This document shows positions 15,316-26,417 of a DNA stretch of 64,000 nt, in pieces. Every line of letters begins with the position of its first letter. The first letter of the stretch is position 1. Under the pieces are notes generated by a model. The model worked only from the letters and a program-made list of their open reading frames with translations. It was not told where the DNA came from and did not search any database. This stretch comes from Neoconidiobolus thromboides FSU 785 (taxonomy: Eukaryota > Fungi > Entomophthoromycota). The DNA lies in contig MU626261.1 in the NCBI GenBank assembly GCA_025603075.1, positions 249,601 through 313,600 of the forward strand. The letters run 5' to 3'. The position numbers and the translations under genes were made by a program.

Positions 15316-16992
15316 ATGGATGAAACAATCAAAGAAAAAGATACCGAATTATTAGTAAATAAAACAGAAGACTTAGAAGAAATAAGACTAAGTAGCGAAT
15401 CGGAAAGAAATAAAAGAGAGCTACAAATTCAAGAGACAAGAATAAGGATAGACGGGGAAGAAAAAGAAAAGGAAGAAAAAGAGGAAGAGGAAAAGGAAAT
15501 TATACTAAGTTATAAGTTTACTAATGAAGAATTAAATGTAAGTCCTCAGCAATTTCTAAATGTAATACAGCAAGTTAATCAAGCTATAAAAAATAAACAA
15601 TTACCGAGAAGAATTCATCAAGGTTCTTCAGGTTCTTATTTTTGCGTAGATAAAGATGGTAATAATTTAGGCGTTTTCAAGCCTAAAGATGAAGAGCCTT
15701 ATGGACAATTAAATCCAAAGTGGACTAAATGGTTACATCGAAATTTGTTTCCTTGCTGTTTTGGTAGAAGCAGGTAAGATATTGCACTATACTTTGATGT
15801 TTAATAAAATCTAATAATATATTAGCCTGATACCTAATTTGGGTTATTTATCGGAGTCATCAGCATCAATAGTAGATAGAAGTTTGAACTTGGGATTAGT
15901 ACCACGTACTGAAGTAGTAAAATTAAGCAGTCCAAGTTTTCATTATAGATATAAAGATAAAAGAACAACAAAATTACCATTAAAAATAGGTTCGTTTCAA
16001 TTATTTTTAAACAATTATATGAATGGAACTGAATTCCTTGAAAAATACCCATTTCCAAAAAATAATAATGACAGTGATCATTTCCTGAGCACCGATGGTA
16101 TTCTAAAAAATGACATTCATTCTATGAATCATTTTTGGACTTTTAAAAGAAAACTTTATTTTCGACTAGAATTAGAGAAATTGATTGTTTTGGATTATTT
16201 AATAAGAAATACAGGTAAAGACGATAAACTTTTAATAATAGCATTGTTTATTAATGTTCATTATTTATAATAGATAGGTCTTCGGATAATTGGATGATAA
16301 AGGTATTAGGCAACGAAGAAATAAGAATAGCAGCCATTGATCACGGGTTAGCGTTCCCACATAAACATCCAGATAAATGGCGAAGTTATCCTTATGGCTG
16401 GCTAAGCTTACCTATTGAAATTATTGGGAAACCATTTCACAAAATAACACGTGCTTATTTATTACCAATATTAACTAGTATTGAATTTTGGGATCAATTA
16501 GAACACCAACTATTGAAGTTAAATAAGATAGATAATGATTTTAATTTAAAAATGTTTCAAAAGCAAATGCAAGTTATTAAAGGACAAGGGTTTAATTTAT
16601 TACAAAGTTTATTAAATAGCAATGATGGTCCAATTCAATTATGTAATAGGAAAAATAAAGTTGTAGAAGAAATTGTAGATAATAATAATCAAAATGATGA
16701 GTTTAATTTGAGTGTCATAAACACAGACAATAACAATATAAGTAGCAACAATCAAAGTGATTATTATAGTATAAATAATAACATGAATCAAGTAAGTAAT
16801 AATAATGATGTAACTCTAATGACAGAAACCCCGAATAAGGAAATATTGTTAAATAATAAGGACCCAAAGTTAATAAACTTCAATGATCCATTTGAAGACA
16901 AATTTGTATTAAATAACAACCCACTATCAAAAAAAAAAATATTAGGTAAATTAAAAGAGATTACAACTAAACCTTGGTTTACTTCATGTTAA
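15316..16992 (+). CDS. LSB6: Type II phosphatidylinositol 4-kinase, 3 exons
   Basis: RIHQGSSGSYF, GVFKPKDEEPYGQLNPKWTKW, GYLSESSAS, GSFQLF, LDYLIRNTDR, IAAIDHGLAFP. Confidence 0.93.
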
Positions 16993-17082
16993 TAGCAAAT
17001 TATAATAAATTGTATTTAAAACATATTATAAGTATATATAAACTATACAACATATTTTTATTTAGTTGTGCAATAAATTTTC

Positions 17083-18892
17083 TTAAATTACTTCGGATCT
17101 TACTAACTTTGTTAAGGTAGCATAAAATATATCCATTACTTTTTTTAACGCTTCATTTGTTTGTATTAGTACAAAATATTCTTTTAGATCATTCTCAAGT
17201 CTAGTGAAGATATTAGTAGGTAGTTCATTATCTATATAAAATACGATTAGACCGAATAAAAGTATTTGCCCATTTTTAACTAATTCAAGATTATCTTTGT
17301 AGTTTGGTAAAGTATTGTTATTTAATTGATTTAATAATTGATAAATATAAACAATAAATTCATAACTAATTTTATAAGATAATGGATGGTACTTAGTATA
17401 ATTTGATTTATATATTTTTTTAATTAATAAATAGTCAATTAAATAATCACATTGATTGATATGTTGATATAAATTGATACTGACTGGCAGTTGAAACTGA
17501 TCTATACAAGTTGTTAAATTTAAACCAGAATACGTATTCAATACATTAAAATTAATTTTATCAACTAATTTATTAGTATCTAATTCATGTAAGCATGGGT
17601 TTACCTTTAGCTTGTCTATGATATCACTGATTTTATTGACACTGAGTTTATCAGATACATTTTCAAACAAACTATAACTGTAAATTAACTTTTTATATTT
17701 ATCATAGCATTCAATCATCCGCCGCTGCTTCGTTGTAAATACAACTTTCATATACGCTTTTAATACATCCAATTGATCTAGTTGATGTAACATTTCAATA
17801 TAGCTAAATTGTTTATCTTCAAGTCCTTTATATGTATTGATATTCAACATACTATTTCCTAGTTTAGGTTCATCAAGTAGACTATAATCTACAATTAAAT
17901 CACTACATTTATTACAATTACATACAAAATTGTATTTATCCATTAGTAACTGCTTCCTTCGGTCTTTTGGTAAGATGACATCACAATAGCTTATTGTTAA
18001 CTCTTCATTAGGTTTGATTTGTCTTGTTGTAATGATATCAAAACTATTTTGACGCCTTGTTCCATTATATTCAAAATTGATAATACAGTTTGGCTCACAA
18101 GAATGATTAAGAAAAGAAGCTAAAGGTAAATTACAAAAGCCAATTGATTCGTGATTTAAGTTTATATCAAAAGAGTTATTTTTAGCGATTGATAAGACTA
18201 ATAATATTTCTTTCTTTTCAACTCTCTTTATTCCTTTTTTAACAAATAATTTGACCTGCTTACTATAAAATCCATTTAATCTTTCATAAATCTCATTTAC
18301 TGTTATTCTATCCAACTCTGTTTCTGGCCTTCCGCTAGGATATAAATCATAAAATAACCCCGTTTCATAAAAAACCTTTTCATATTTAAATTCATTTAAA
18401 TAAAGTAAATAATCCTCTGAATGTTTCTTGTTACTACTCCTTTTTATATTATCAATTTCACACGCCCATTTGGTTAAAAAAAAGTCAATTATTAAATCTT
18501 CAAGCTCCCGATCAACTAAACCAAATTCTTGAATGTATTTACATTCAATGAAATGCTTTTTGAACCAATTAATCTTACTGCACTCTGTACTACAATAAAT
18601 TCTATAACGACATAAACTACATTGAATGTAGGACTCTTTTGTTATCAAACATTCGCTGCACCTTTTCTCTTGTACTTTTTTTAAGCTTTGGCCTACAATC
18701 ATTCCTTGAATCATAATTTGTCGCTTTTCCGTTGGTTTTTCTAATAGTTGGTTCTATTTACTATGTATTTTACATAAATTAAGTAGTATTACCTCCTTCT
18801 CCAGGCGAATAAATCAGCCCTCTACCTTTACCAGGGATTTGTTTTAACTGAATATTTGCATTATTATTACTTATATATTTCTGAAGTGACAT
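17083..18892 (-). CDS. SET and MYND domain (SMYD-type) lysine methyltransferase, 2 exons
   Basis: Exon 1 MSLQKY..IPGKGRGL (pre-SET strand). MYND CSEC..CSLC..YCSTECSKINW..H..EC; SET ASFLNHSCEPNC, IKPNEELTISY; post-SET YNFVCNCNKC. Confidence 0.87.
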
Positions 18893-19250
18893 TAAAACTA
18901 GAGATTTCCAAGTTTATATATAAAATGTGATAAAAGTTATCAAAATTTTTGGTGTTCAAAGAATGTAGTAGTTAAATATCAATAGCCTAGTGACTCATAT
19001 AGTCTTTTATCTATTTCTATTGGCTATTGCTTTCCATTTTGCTTTTTAAGCTCAGATTAGAAAAGGTTTACTTTAAAGCTAAGTTTAAAGACAAAACACG
19101 TTATTATGTAATAGTGTAATTTACTATAAATATTATTTTGCGTATAGTAAACAAGCATAATAATGAAAATTGTCTTCAATGATATTAAATTACGTAATTT
19201 ATAAGAATTTAAAGGTTTGATTTAGTCAATTAGTGGTTAATAATGTATGT

Positions 19251-19338
19251 GGGTGCGTTTTTTTAATTCATCACTTTTTCCACTTAAGTGCAAGTTGAGA
19301 TGCAAAATTGTTAGTAAAATTCTCAAAAATACATCCCC
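19251..19338 (-). mobile_element. MITE family A, copy 5 (degenerate, internally shortened)
   Basis: GGGTGCGTTTTT..CATCACTTTTTCCAC..TTGTTAGTAAAATTCT..AATACATCCCC; flanks ATGT/ATAT. Confidence 0.78.
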
Positions 19339-19904
19339 ATATATTATTTATTCGATAATTATCAAATCATCAAATATTGATATAGATATCATTTTAGCTT
19401 AGTTATGAGATATGCATATTGTTTTACTAGCCACATTATAATTATACTATTACTGTAGTTGGGTTTTAGCATTAGACTCTACCATTTTTCTTAGTTGGTG
19501 AATATACAATAGATTTTATAATCCTAATCTGCTATGGAAGTTACATTTAGTATTATTAATTCCTTCATTTAAAGGTATTCCCATTCAATATAACAAGTGA
19601 TTATATACATAAGAAAGCTTTATATATTTGTTAAAAGAAATAGGAAGTAGAAACAATTGGCTATTCTTAGTTTATATCTCCTAATCCACATGGTTTCATT
19701 GTAGGCTGTGTTTCAAGAATAAACTTTGAATATTATATTGACTTAATCAGCTAGTTTTAATGTAATAGTTAAATAATTTTTAAATATATTAACAATTATT
19801 GTTATCTTGCATCATAAATAGGCAATAGATTTAAATATAATAAAGTTGAAACATTTAAATCATGTAAGACATTACAGTTTTTTATGTTCAAATATGCGCA
19901 ATAT

Positions 19905-20045
19905 TTTACCCTAATTCACTTTAAACATGCATTGGGTATTTAAATTTCGTGTTTGTTAAATAAAAATAGAAAAAATCGTCATGAATAAATTAGCAAACAC
20001 GAAATTGAAGATGCCCAATGCATGTTTAAAATGAATTAGGGTAAA
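19905..20045. mobile_element. Fold-back element (~55-bp imperfect terminal inverted repeats), unrelated to MITE family A
   Basis: TTTACCCTAATTCACTTTAAACATGCATTGGG..TTTCGTGTTTGTTAA is the near-exact reverse complement of TTAGCAAACACGAAATTG..CCCAATGCATGTTTAAAATGAATTAGGGTAAA. Confidence 0.7.
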
Positions 20046-20294
20046 GCATTCCATATTTGAGTGTTCAGCTGTAATTGATTTTGGTTGAGCTTTTATTAAA
20101 GGAACGTTAAAATTTTATTGTTATTTAAGTTAAATTAAGGTAACTTAAAAAATTCATTTTTTAGGTTTAGCTTCTATTTTGCTGGAGATTCGATTCTGAT
20201 CGTACTTTTATGCCAAACAGTTAGATCGAGAATTTTAAATCAAAATTATTATATAAATACTCGATCATTGTATTCAATAATTTTATTTTATATT

Positions 20295-20855
20295 ATGAAG
20301 AAAAGTATATATAGGCATGGAAATCATCTATCCAAATTATTTTTATCTTCCAAAATGAGTTCCAACATAATCGATACTTCTGCATTACCTAGCGACAAAC
20401 CACTTTCTCCAGAAAGAAAACGAATTATATCTGAAATCTTAGAATTGTATTGTTGTAGACCAAACGAAAAATATTATCTTAACTTTGAAAACGATTCTAA
20501 ATTCCAAGATCCGATATGTGATGCACGTAATCTTACAGAAATTAAAGCTCAATTTAATGCCATGCCCAAAGCGTTTTCAAATTCTGTTACTAAAAGCTGT
20601 AAAGTAGTTAAAAATGAAAAAGATACCATCCATTTTGATTTAGTGCAAGAATATACTTTTAGTGGCTTAGGATATACAAAAACAATGGAATCGACCACCG
20701 TTTTAGACTTTAATCAAAGTAACAAAATTATTAATTTTGAAGATCGTTGGAATCACTCTGCTAGCTGGAAAGATCATTCCCTCCTTGTAAACGTACAAAA
20801 TATGTTCCGTAGATTTAATGCTGTCGCTTTACCACATTTTATATCAACAAACTAG
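20295..20855 (+). CDS. NTF2/SnoaL-like fold protein, intronless (start ATG 20295 or 20355)
   Basis: ILELYCCRP..F..DSKFQDPI..EIKAQFNAMPKAF..ESTTVLDFNQSNKII.FEDRWN, the typical fungal NTF2-like pattern. Confidence 0.7.
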   Translation: MKKSIYRHGNHLSKLFLSSKMSSNIIDTSALPSDKPLSPERKRIISEILELYCCRPNEKYYLNFENDSKFQDPICDARNLTEIKAQFNAMPKAFSNSVTKSCKVVKNEKDTIHFDLVQEYTFSGLGYTKTMESTTVLDFNQSNKIINFEDRWNHSASWKDHSLLVNVQNMFRRFNAVALPHFISTN

Positions 20856-20942
20856 TGTAATAAATTAATTTCTAATATTTTTGAATTATAAGTTGTAAAT
20901 AAAATTTACTATATACGATTAATCATCATTGTTTGTATATAT

Positions 20943-21030
20943 GGGTGTTTTTTCGGCTTCATTACTTTTTCATTTTTTAAGTACTATTTGAATGGCAAAG
21001 TTAATAACTCTTAAACAAAAACATATCCCC
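20943..21030 (-). mobile_element. MITE family A, copy 6
   Basis: GGGTGTTTTTTCGGCTTCATTAC...CATATCCCC; flanks ATAT/ATAA. Confidence 0.82.
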
Positions 21031-21157
21031 ATAAAATAGTTTAATTCAATAATTTAAAAAACTGCCTTAAATTAAATCTACCAAACACACAAACATTACA
21101 TGAAATAAATTGTAAAAGTTAATAGCTTTTATAATTACGTTGATGGAATTATTAAAT

Positions 21158-21256
21158 GGAGATGTATTTTTTTTAAAAACTTTACTAACAATCCCTCCGC
21201 TCAAGTAGTGCTTAAAAAATGAAAAAAAAACAATGAAACCAAAAAAAAACATTCCC
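21158..21256 (+). mobile_element. MITE family A, copy 7
   Basis: GGAGATGTATTTT...AAACATTCCC with AAAT/AAAT 4-bp duplication. Confidence 0.85.
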
Positions 21257-21735
21257 AAATGTCGTATTTTTTGGTCTAGGCAATCTTACTAGATGGCTGT
21301 ACCTTACATTCCCCACTTTTAGAGGTTATTTTGACATTATAAAAGTAACAGAATGGGGGATAAATACTAGAATACTAAAATCAATTTTTAACTCTTATAT
21401 ATTCCATGTAATAATACAAGTGTCTAAAAATAATAATCATTACTACTCCTACCCATAATACAACTGCAATTTGGCTTTAAATAGACTTAAAATAAAAATA
21501 TAACTATTGTTTGTTATCCTAGTATTATCATGTTTTTAAAATGCTAAATAGTATTCCAATCTAAAAAAGCCAATCTACCAAAAGGTCAGCTTTCAATTAT
21601 CAACCTTATTTTAAGTAATAAAATATAATCATAAAACTATAATTTAACACTTAATATAACAAAATAGATTATTTAAAATGAGGTTTATTAATATCAAATT
21701 AATAAGCTTTGAAAGGGAGTATGAAGATAAATAAA

Positions 21736-22692
21736 TTAATCATAATTTTGTATACTACAAGAGGCATCGAAGGTGGCTGAAACATTGTCACCATCAAAGG
21801 TTTTTTGAATCTTTTCATAATTCGCTTTATCTTTAACATATAAATCGATTTGACCGGCTCCAAAGGACCAAGATTCATCAATAACCTTAAAGCACCCATT
21901 GTGAGTTTTACCATTAGGAAGTTTTAATCCTTCAAATTCAGCAATGTGTACAATTGTTCCGACTTTGTGATCATTAACAGCAAGAGATACGTAAGTTTCT
22001 AATTTATCACCTTTAGACCCAATTGGATCAGATTTCTCAAAACAATTGCAGTCATCATCACCGCAATTAATAAATTGACCATTTGAAAGTAAGCCACTGC
22101 CTTCTAAATGTACAGCTTTCCAGTATTCAGAGCTAACTTTAGCAAGAACACCACCTTTACAATTTGGAATTTCAGTGTCTTTTCCTGAAGGGAAATCACT
22201 TTCTTTACTTACCCAGTAATAAGTAAATTTGTAGTTTTCACCACCTTTACCACCACTGGATTTTTTTACTGGTTTTTTATCATCATCTTCGGATTCTTCG
22301 GACTCTTCAGATCCTTTTCCTTTTCCTTTTCCTTTTCCTTTACCCTTGCCTTTATGCTCTTTTTCACTTTTTTCATCTTCGTCTTCATCATCTTTTTTAC
22401 CTTTGCCTTTGCCTTTACCCTTGCCTTTACCTTTACCTTTACCTTCTTCTTCTTCCTCATCATTGCTATCTTCTTTATCTTCTTTATCTTCTTTATCTTC
22501 TTTATCAGAGTCCTGCTCATCCTCATCATCACCACCCATTCCTCGTCTTAAAATGTTCAACATTGGGGAATTTTCTTGACTGCGTTTGATAAGACCGGTA
22601 CCAGCATTAGTGTGGTTAATTGGACTAGCAATTACAGCACTTAAGAGAACGGTAGTGAAAGTTAAAGTAGAAAGAAACTGTCCAAGCTTCAT
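21736..22692 (-). CDS. Secreted protein: signal peptide + acidic/GK low-complexity linker + C-terminal 3D (MltA-like, three-Asp) double-psi beta-barrel domain; intronless
   Basis: Hydrophobic N-terminus MKLGQFLSTLTFTTVLLSAVIAS; dibasic KR/RR sites. C-terminal SLAVND..VGTIVHI..GCFKVIDESWSF..QIDLYV has the spacing of the 3D-domain aspartates. Domain assignment by eye only. Confidence 0.75.
   Translation of the reverse strand: MKLGQFLSTLTFTTVLLSAVIASPINHTNAGTGLIKRSQENSPMLNILRRGMGGDDEDEQDSDKEDKEDKEDKEDSNDEEEEEGKGKGKGKGKGKGKGKKDDEDEDEKSEKEHKGKGKGKGKGKGKGSEESEESEDDDKKPVKKSSGGKGGENYKFTYYWVSKESDFPSGKDTEIPNCKGGVLAKVSSEYWKAVHLEGSGLLSNGQFINCGDDDCNCFEKSDPIGSKGDKLETYVSLAVNDHKVGTIVHIAEFEGLKLPNGKTHNGCFKVIDESWSFGAGQIDLYVKDKANYEKIQKTFDGDNVSATFDASCSIQNYD
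22266..22535 (-). repeat. Coding low-complexity repeats: (DKE)x4 nonamer and two (GK)x6-8 hexamer arrays
   Basis: TCTTTATCT repeats and CCTTTA/CCTTTG/CCTTTT repeats on the + strand. Confidence 0.9.
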
Positions 22693-23199
22693 AGTTGATT
22701 ATAGTTGAGTTAAAGAAGTTAAAGTGTTAGTTTTTAATATCGTTAAAGAATGCTAATCGTTCCTTTTTATATGTTTATAGTGTATGCTAGGTCAAGATAG
22801 TAATTAATTATACGTTTTCATTATTCGTAAGGTTGATATGTTTTCAGGCGAAAGCGGACTAAATATAGATCAGTTTATTTTTTTATGAATAGTATTTAAT
22901 TAATTAAAATCATTTTTCAAATGAAATTGCCTTTTGTTATTAAAATTTAATTTAAGAACATTTTAATATTGAATACTAGTAGTAATTCTTAATCTATTTC
23001 AGATTTTACATTTTTTTACTTCAAGCTATTATCAATACTTAATTTATTAATAATCATTGAGCATAACACCATTGTCGTTTTTGATAAATATTAAAAATAT
23101 TATGGAGTATCAATAGATTGTTCTTAATTATGTAATTTATTAAAATAAAAAATTAAAGATTAAAGAATCTTAAAAAAGAAAGTGCAATTGAATGTACAT

Positions 23200-23287
23200 G
23201 GGGGAATATTTTTCGGTTTCATCACCTCTATTTTTAAGCACAATTTGAGTGATAAATTGATAAGATTCTTAAACAAAAAGGCATCCC
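23200..23287 (-). mobile_element. MITE family A, copy 8 (degenerate)
   Basis: GGGGGAATATTTTTCGGTTTCATCAC..AAGCACAATTTGAGTG..GATTCTTAAAC..CATCCC; flanks ACAT/ATAT. Confidence 0.78.
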
Positions 23288-24513
23288 ATATTAAAACTTC
23301 ATTTATAAAATAAAAACATGTAGGCTAATTAACGTTTTATTTGGTCTTTATTTAAGTTTTTCATGACTATGATTGTTTTTGAAAATTTGCTTATTAATAA
23401 AAATACACTATAATTTCATAAATATTTTTTAACTAAATGTACAATTATCTTGTTTTATTTTATTACCTAACCAGTTGTTTTCTAACATACAAGCTAGCTA
23501 ACTAGCTTTATTATGGCAAATAGGAAATTTCAAAACCTCAATACATTATACTTTTTAATTAATATTCAGTTGAGATCAAAGATGTATTTTGGTATAAAAC
23601 AATCAATAATGCTTTTATTTTGTTTATTTATCCATTTTTTTACACAGTAAGGATTAAAAAACAGTATTAAATGTTTAAACAAAAGTATTTCCATATTGGC
23701 TTTAATATCTTTTTCACTTGATTTTAAACAAAGGTAAAATATATTGGTCCATCGTGATATAGATGAACTATTGGAATCAGTATCTATTTTACGTAAGTTA
23801 GCTCGAGATTTAATGTTTAAAATGCCATCTACCTTTACTTTAACAAATTATTCTGATATTGATATTAGCTTATCATTCTAAAATCTTAAGTTGCCAAATT
23901 TATTTAACACTCTCTTTGGTCTTTCTAATCAATTGATTTAATTCTGAGTAGTACCTGTAACGCTAATTTCAGATACCCTACAAAAGATCCCAACCGAATG
24001 AATGAAATAAGTACTATATACGTTCTTGGTCGTAAGTGAAGTAACAGTGATTGGTAGCCTACCGGCAGTAGAAAATGGTTTTTAGTAAACCCAACGTTTA
24101 TACAAAAAAACCAGTCCTACTAGTTCTGATAATACAAGAATCTCAAGAAGTTGTGATAGCAAAGTATAAGCCGCAGCCAATCATTATTGAGTATGTTCAA
24201 TAAAATTAGTCTTAATAAAAATCGGTAGTTTTTTAGTCTTATAACATTTAAAGACAGATGGTAATTTTTAATACCTTATACAGCTCGTATAGTGGTTGAT
24301 TCTGTTTGTTTCTTTATACTTTTTGGGCTATAAATTTTATAAAAGATTCTTATAATATAAGATGCATTAAGAAATAATATTTACAATAAAATCTAAGTTT
24401 AATTGATAATTCTATATATCTCAAAAGCAAATGCTTTAGATTATACAATCGATATTGAGAATGTTTAAAACTATACATTTTCTTATACTTCAAGTTTATC
24501 TAAAAAAATAGAT

Positions 24514-24612
24514 GGGGATGATTTTTTTGATTTCATTACTTTTTCCACCTTTTAAGCGCTATTTAAGCGGAAAATTTGTTAGTAAAATTCTTAAACACAA
24601 AAATACATCCCC
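24514..24612 (-). mobile_element. MITE family A, copy 9 (near consensus)
   Basis: GGGGATGATTTTT...AATACATCCCC with AGAT/AGAT 4-bp duplication. Confidence 0.92.
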
Positions 24613-25438
24613 AGATATTTAATGTTATTTTATTAAAAAATAGAATTAGTATTATTTTATCGCATATTAATTTTTATTTTTCTTATGTAAATGAACTACA
24701 GTCCTAGTAAGATAAATTATTATTATTGTCACACCAAAGCTCTTTTATAACTAATAAGATTACACTTTCCCCCAGCATTGAAACCAAATAACCCAAACAC
24801 TATCAAAGTGTCAATCTCGCAACCCAATGTGGTTCGATGATTTTTAATCAAACTTACACACCTTTGGGAATTCCACTTCTAGTGGTTATAGGGAATTGAA
24901 TTACTTCATGTTGATAAAAATTGTTCTCATCTAGTCTACACTCAATAAAACTAATTTAATAACATCGATACATTGGTCTAAAATAATGGAAGCCAATATC
25001 ATATTTAATTAAAATATGACAAAAAGACATTAGTACCTTATTCTTATGCCAACTTCATTTCTCCCTTCATACCTAGGTTAATTAGAACCTCTTTAAGATC
25101 AAAATCCACTTTAAAACCAAAAATTTTAAATTAGTCTTAAGTTCAACTGTAACATTATATAAAATAACTGATCTATGTCTTCGGAGTTATAAATGTTTAA
25201 AAGACTGGATTTCATTGGTATATTGTACTCTTCTTTACATTAACTCGTTAAAAATTCTGAAAGCCTGTGCTCTTTGTTAAGACTTTTTATTTCTGTCATA
25301 TATAAGGATTTGAATATCATATCCCCACTGCTTACCAGAGCTTTGTAAATAAAAGTGACTATCAACTAAACACTGTATTCGATTTTCATGCCTATATGTA
25401 TTCTGTAATAGCAGTCAAGCCGTTTTATTTTAATATAT

Positions 25439-25536
25439 GAGGTTGTATTTTTGTGTTTATGAATTTTACCAACAAATTTTCCGCTCAAATAGTGTTTAAA
25501 AAATAGAAAAAGTAATGAAGCCAAAAAAACATCCCC
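25439..25536 (+). mobile_element. MITE family A, copy 10
   Basis: GAGGTTGTATTTTTGTG...AAAACATCCCC; ATAT/ATAT. Confidence 0.88.
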
Positions 25537-25689
25537 ATATGATAAATATTTTTTTGCCTTTTACACTACTTTTGCATAAATATTAGTTGATAAAGTTACT
25601 GTTTAAAGATGATTTATTAACTTAATACAATATATAAACTATCATTAGTAAAAGAACTTTTTGTATAAACATTTGATTAAAAGTTATAT

Positions 25690-25785
25690 AGGGATGTATT
25701 TTTTGTTTAAGAATTTTACTAGCAACTTTTCCACTTAAATAGCGCTGTAAAAATGAAAAAAGTGATGAAACCAAAAAAAACCCTC
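25690..25785 (+). mobile_element. MITE family A, copy 11
   Basis: AGGGATGTATTTTT...AAAACCCTC; ATAT/ATAT. Confidence 0.87.
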
Positions 25786-26320
25786 ATATTTTATAAGGAA
25801 ATAAAAAAACTCAAGTTAAATATAAAACTAAAGTTGATAGTGCTTTTAAGCTATTTCTTTAAATAATATTTATTAAAGATAATCAAATATTTAGTAGCTC
25901 TCTACATCCTTCCTCTTCCATTATAAAGATCTTGAAACCAATATACGAACTAATATTAAAATCGATAATAAAATTAGTATCAAAATTGACGCTAGCTAGT
26001 AAATATATGAAATATCTATTAAACTATTATTCCATATGTAGTTCATCATCTTATAACAGTTTATGGCTAAAGCATTACTTACCATGATAAAAAATAATAT
26101 ATTAAACTTCACGGTTTAATAAAAACATAATAAAATATTTAATTGTCAAAATTAATAACTAGACCCTTAAATAATACTAATAATAAAGGTTTTTAATAAA
26201 ATGATAAAAGTTGCTAGCATAAGCATGGTTTATCCTTTCCTAAACTAATGATGTCAGTATAGTCTTAATTAAGGATTCCTAATTTTGATTTAACGCTTTT
26301 TGTAAAAAATATAATAAAGT

Positions 26321-26417
26321 GAGAATATATTTTTGTGTTTAGGAATCTTACTAACATTTTTTCGCTTAAATAGGCGCTTAAAAGATGAAAGAAGTGATGA
26401 AGCCAAAAAAGCACCCT
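26321..26417 (+). mobile_element. MITE family A, copy 12
   Basis: GAGAATATATTTTTGTG...GCCAAAAAAGCACCCT; flanks AAGT/AAAT. Confidence 0.82.

Noticed and set aside
21067-21258. Short ORFs at 21067-21258, 26265-26462 and 14242-14466 as independent genes
   Set aside because: They are largely translations of MITE copies.
22266-22579. Three extra ORFs (22266-22535 -, 22346-22579 +, 22354-22551 +)
   Set aside because: Alternative-frame shadows of the low-complexity GK/DKE repeat in the secreted gene.
25040-25130. Serpin-like motif FKVDFDLKEVLINLGM on the minus strand
   Set aside because: No downstream hinge (E.GTEAAA) or C-terminal PF.F motif; too short to call.
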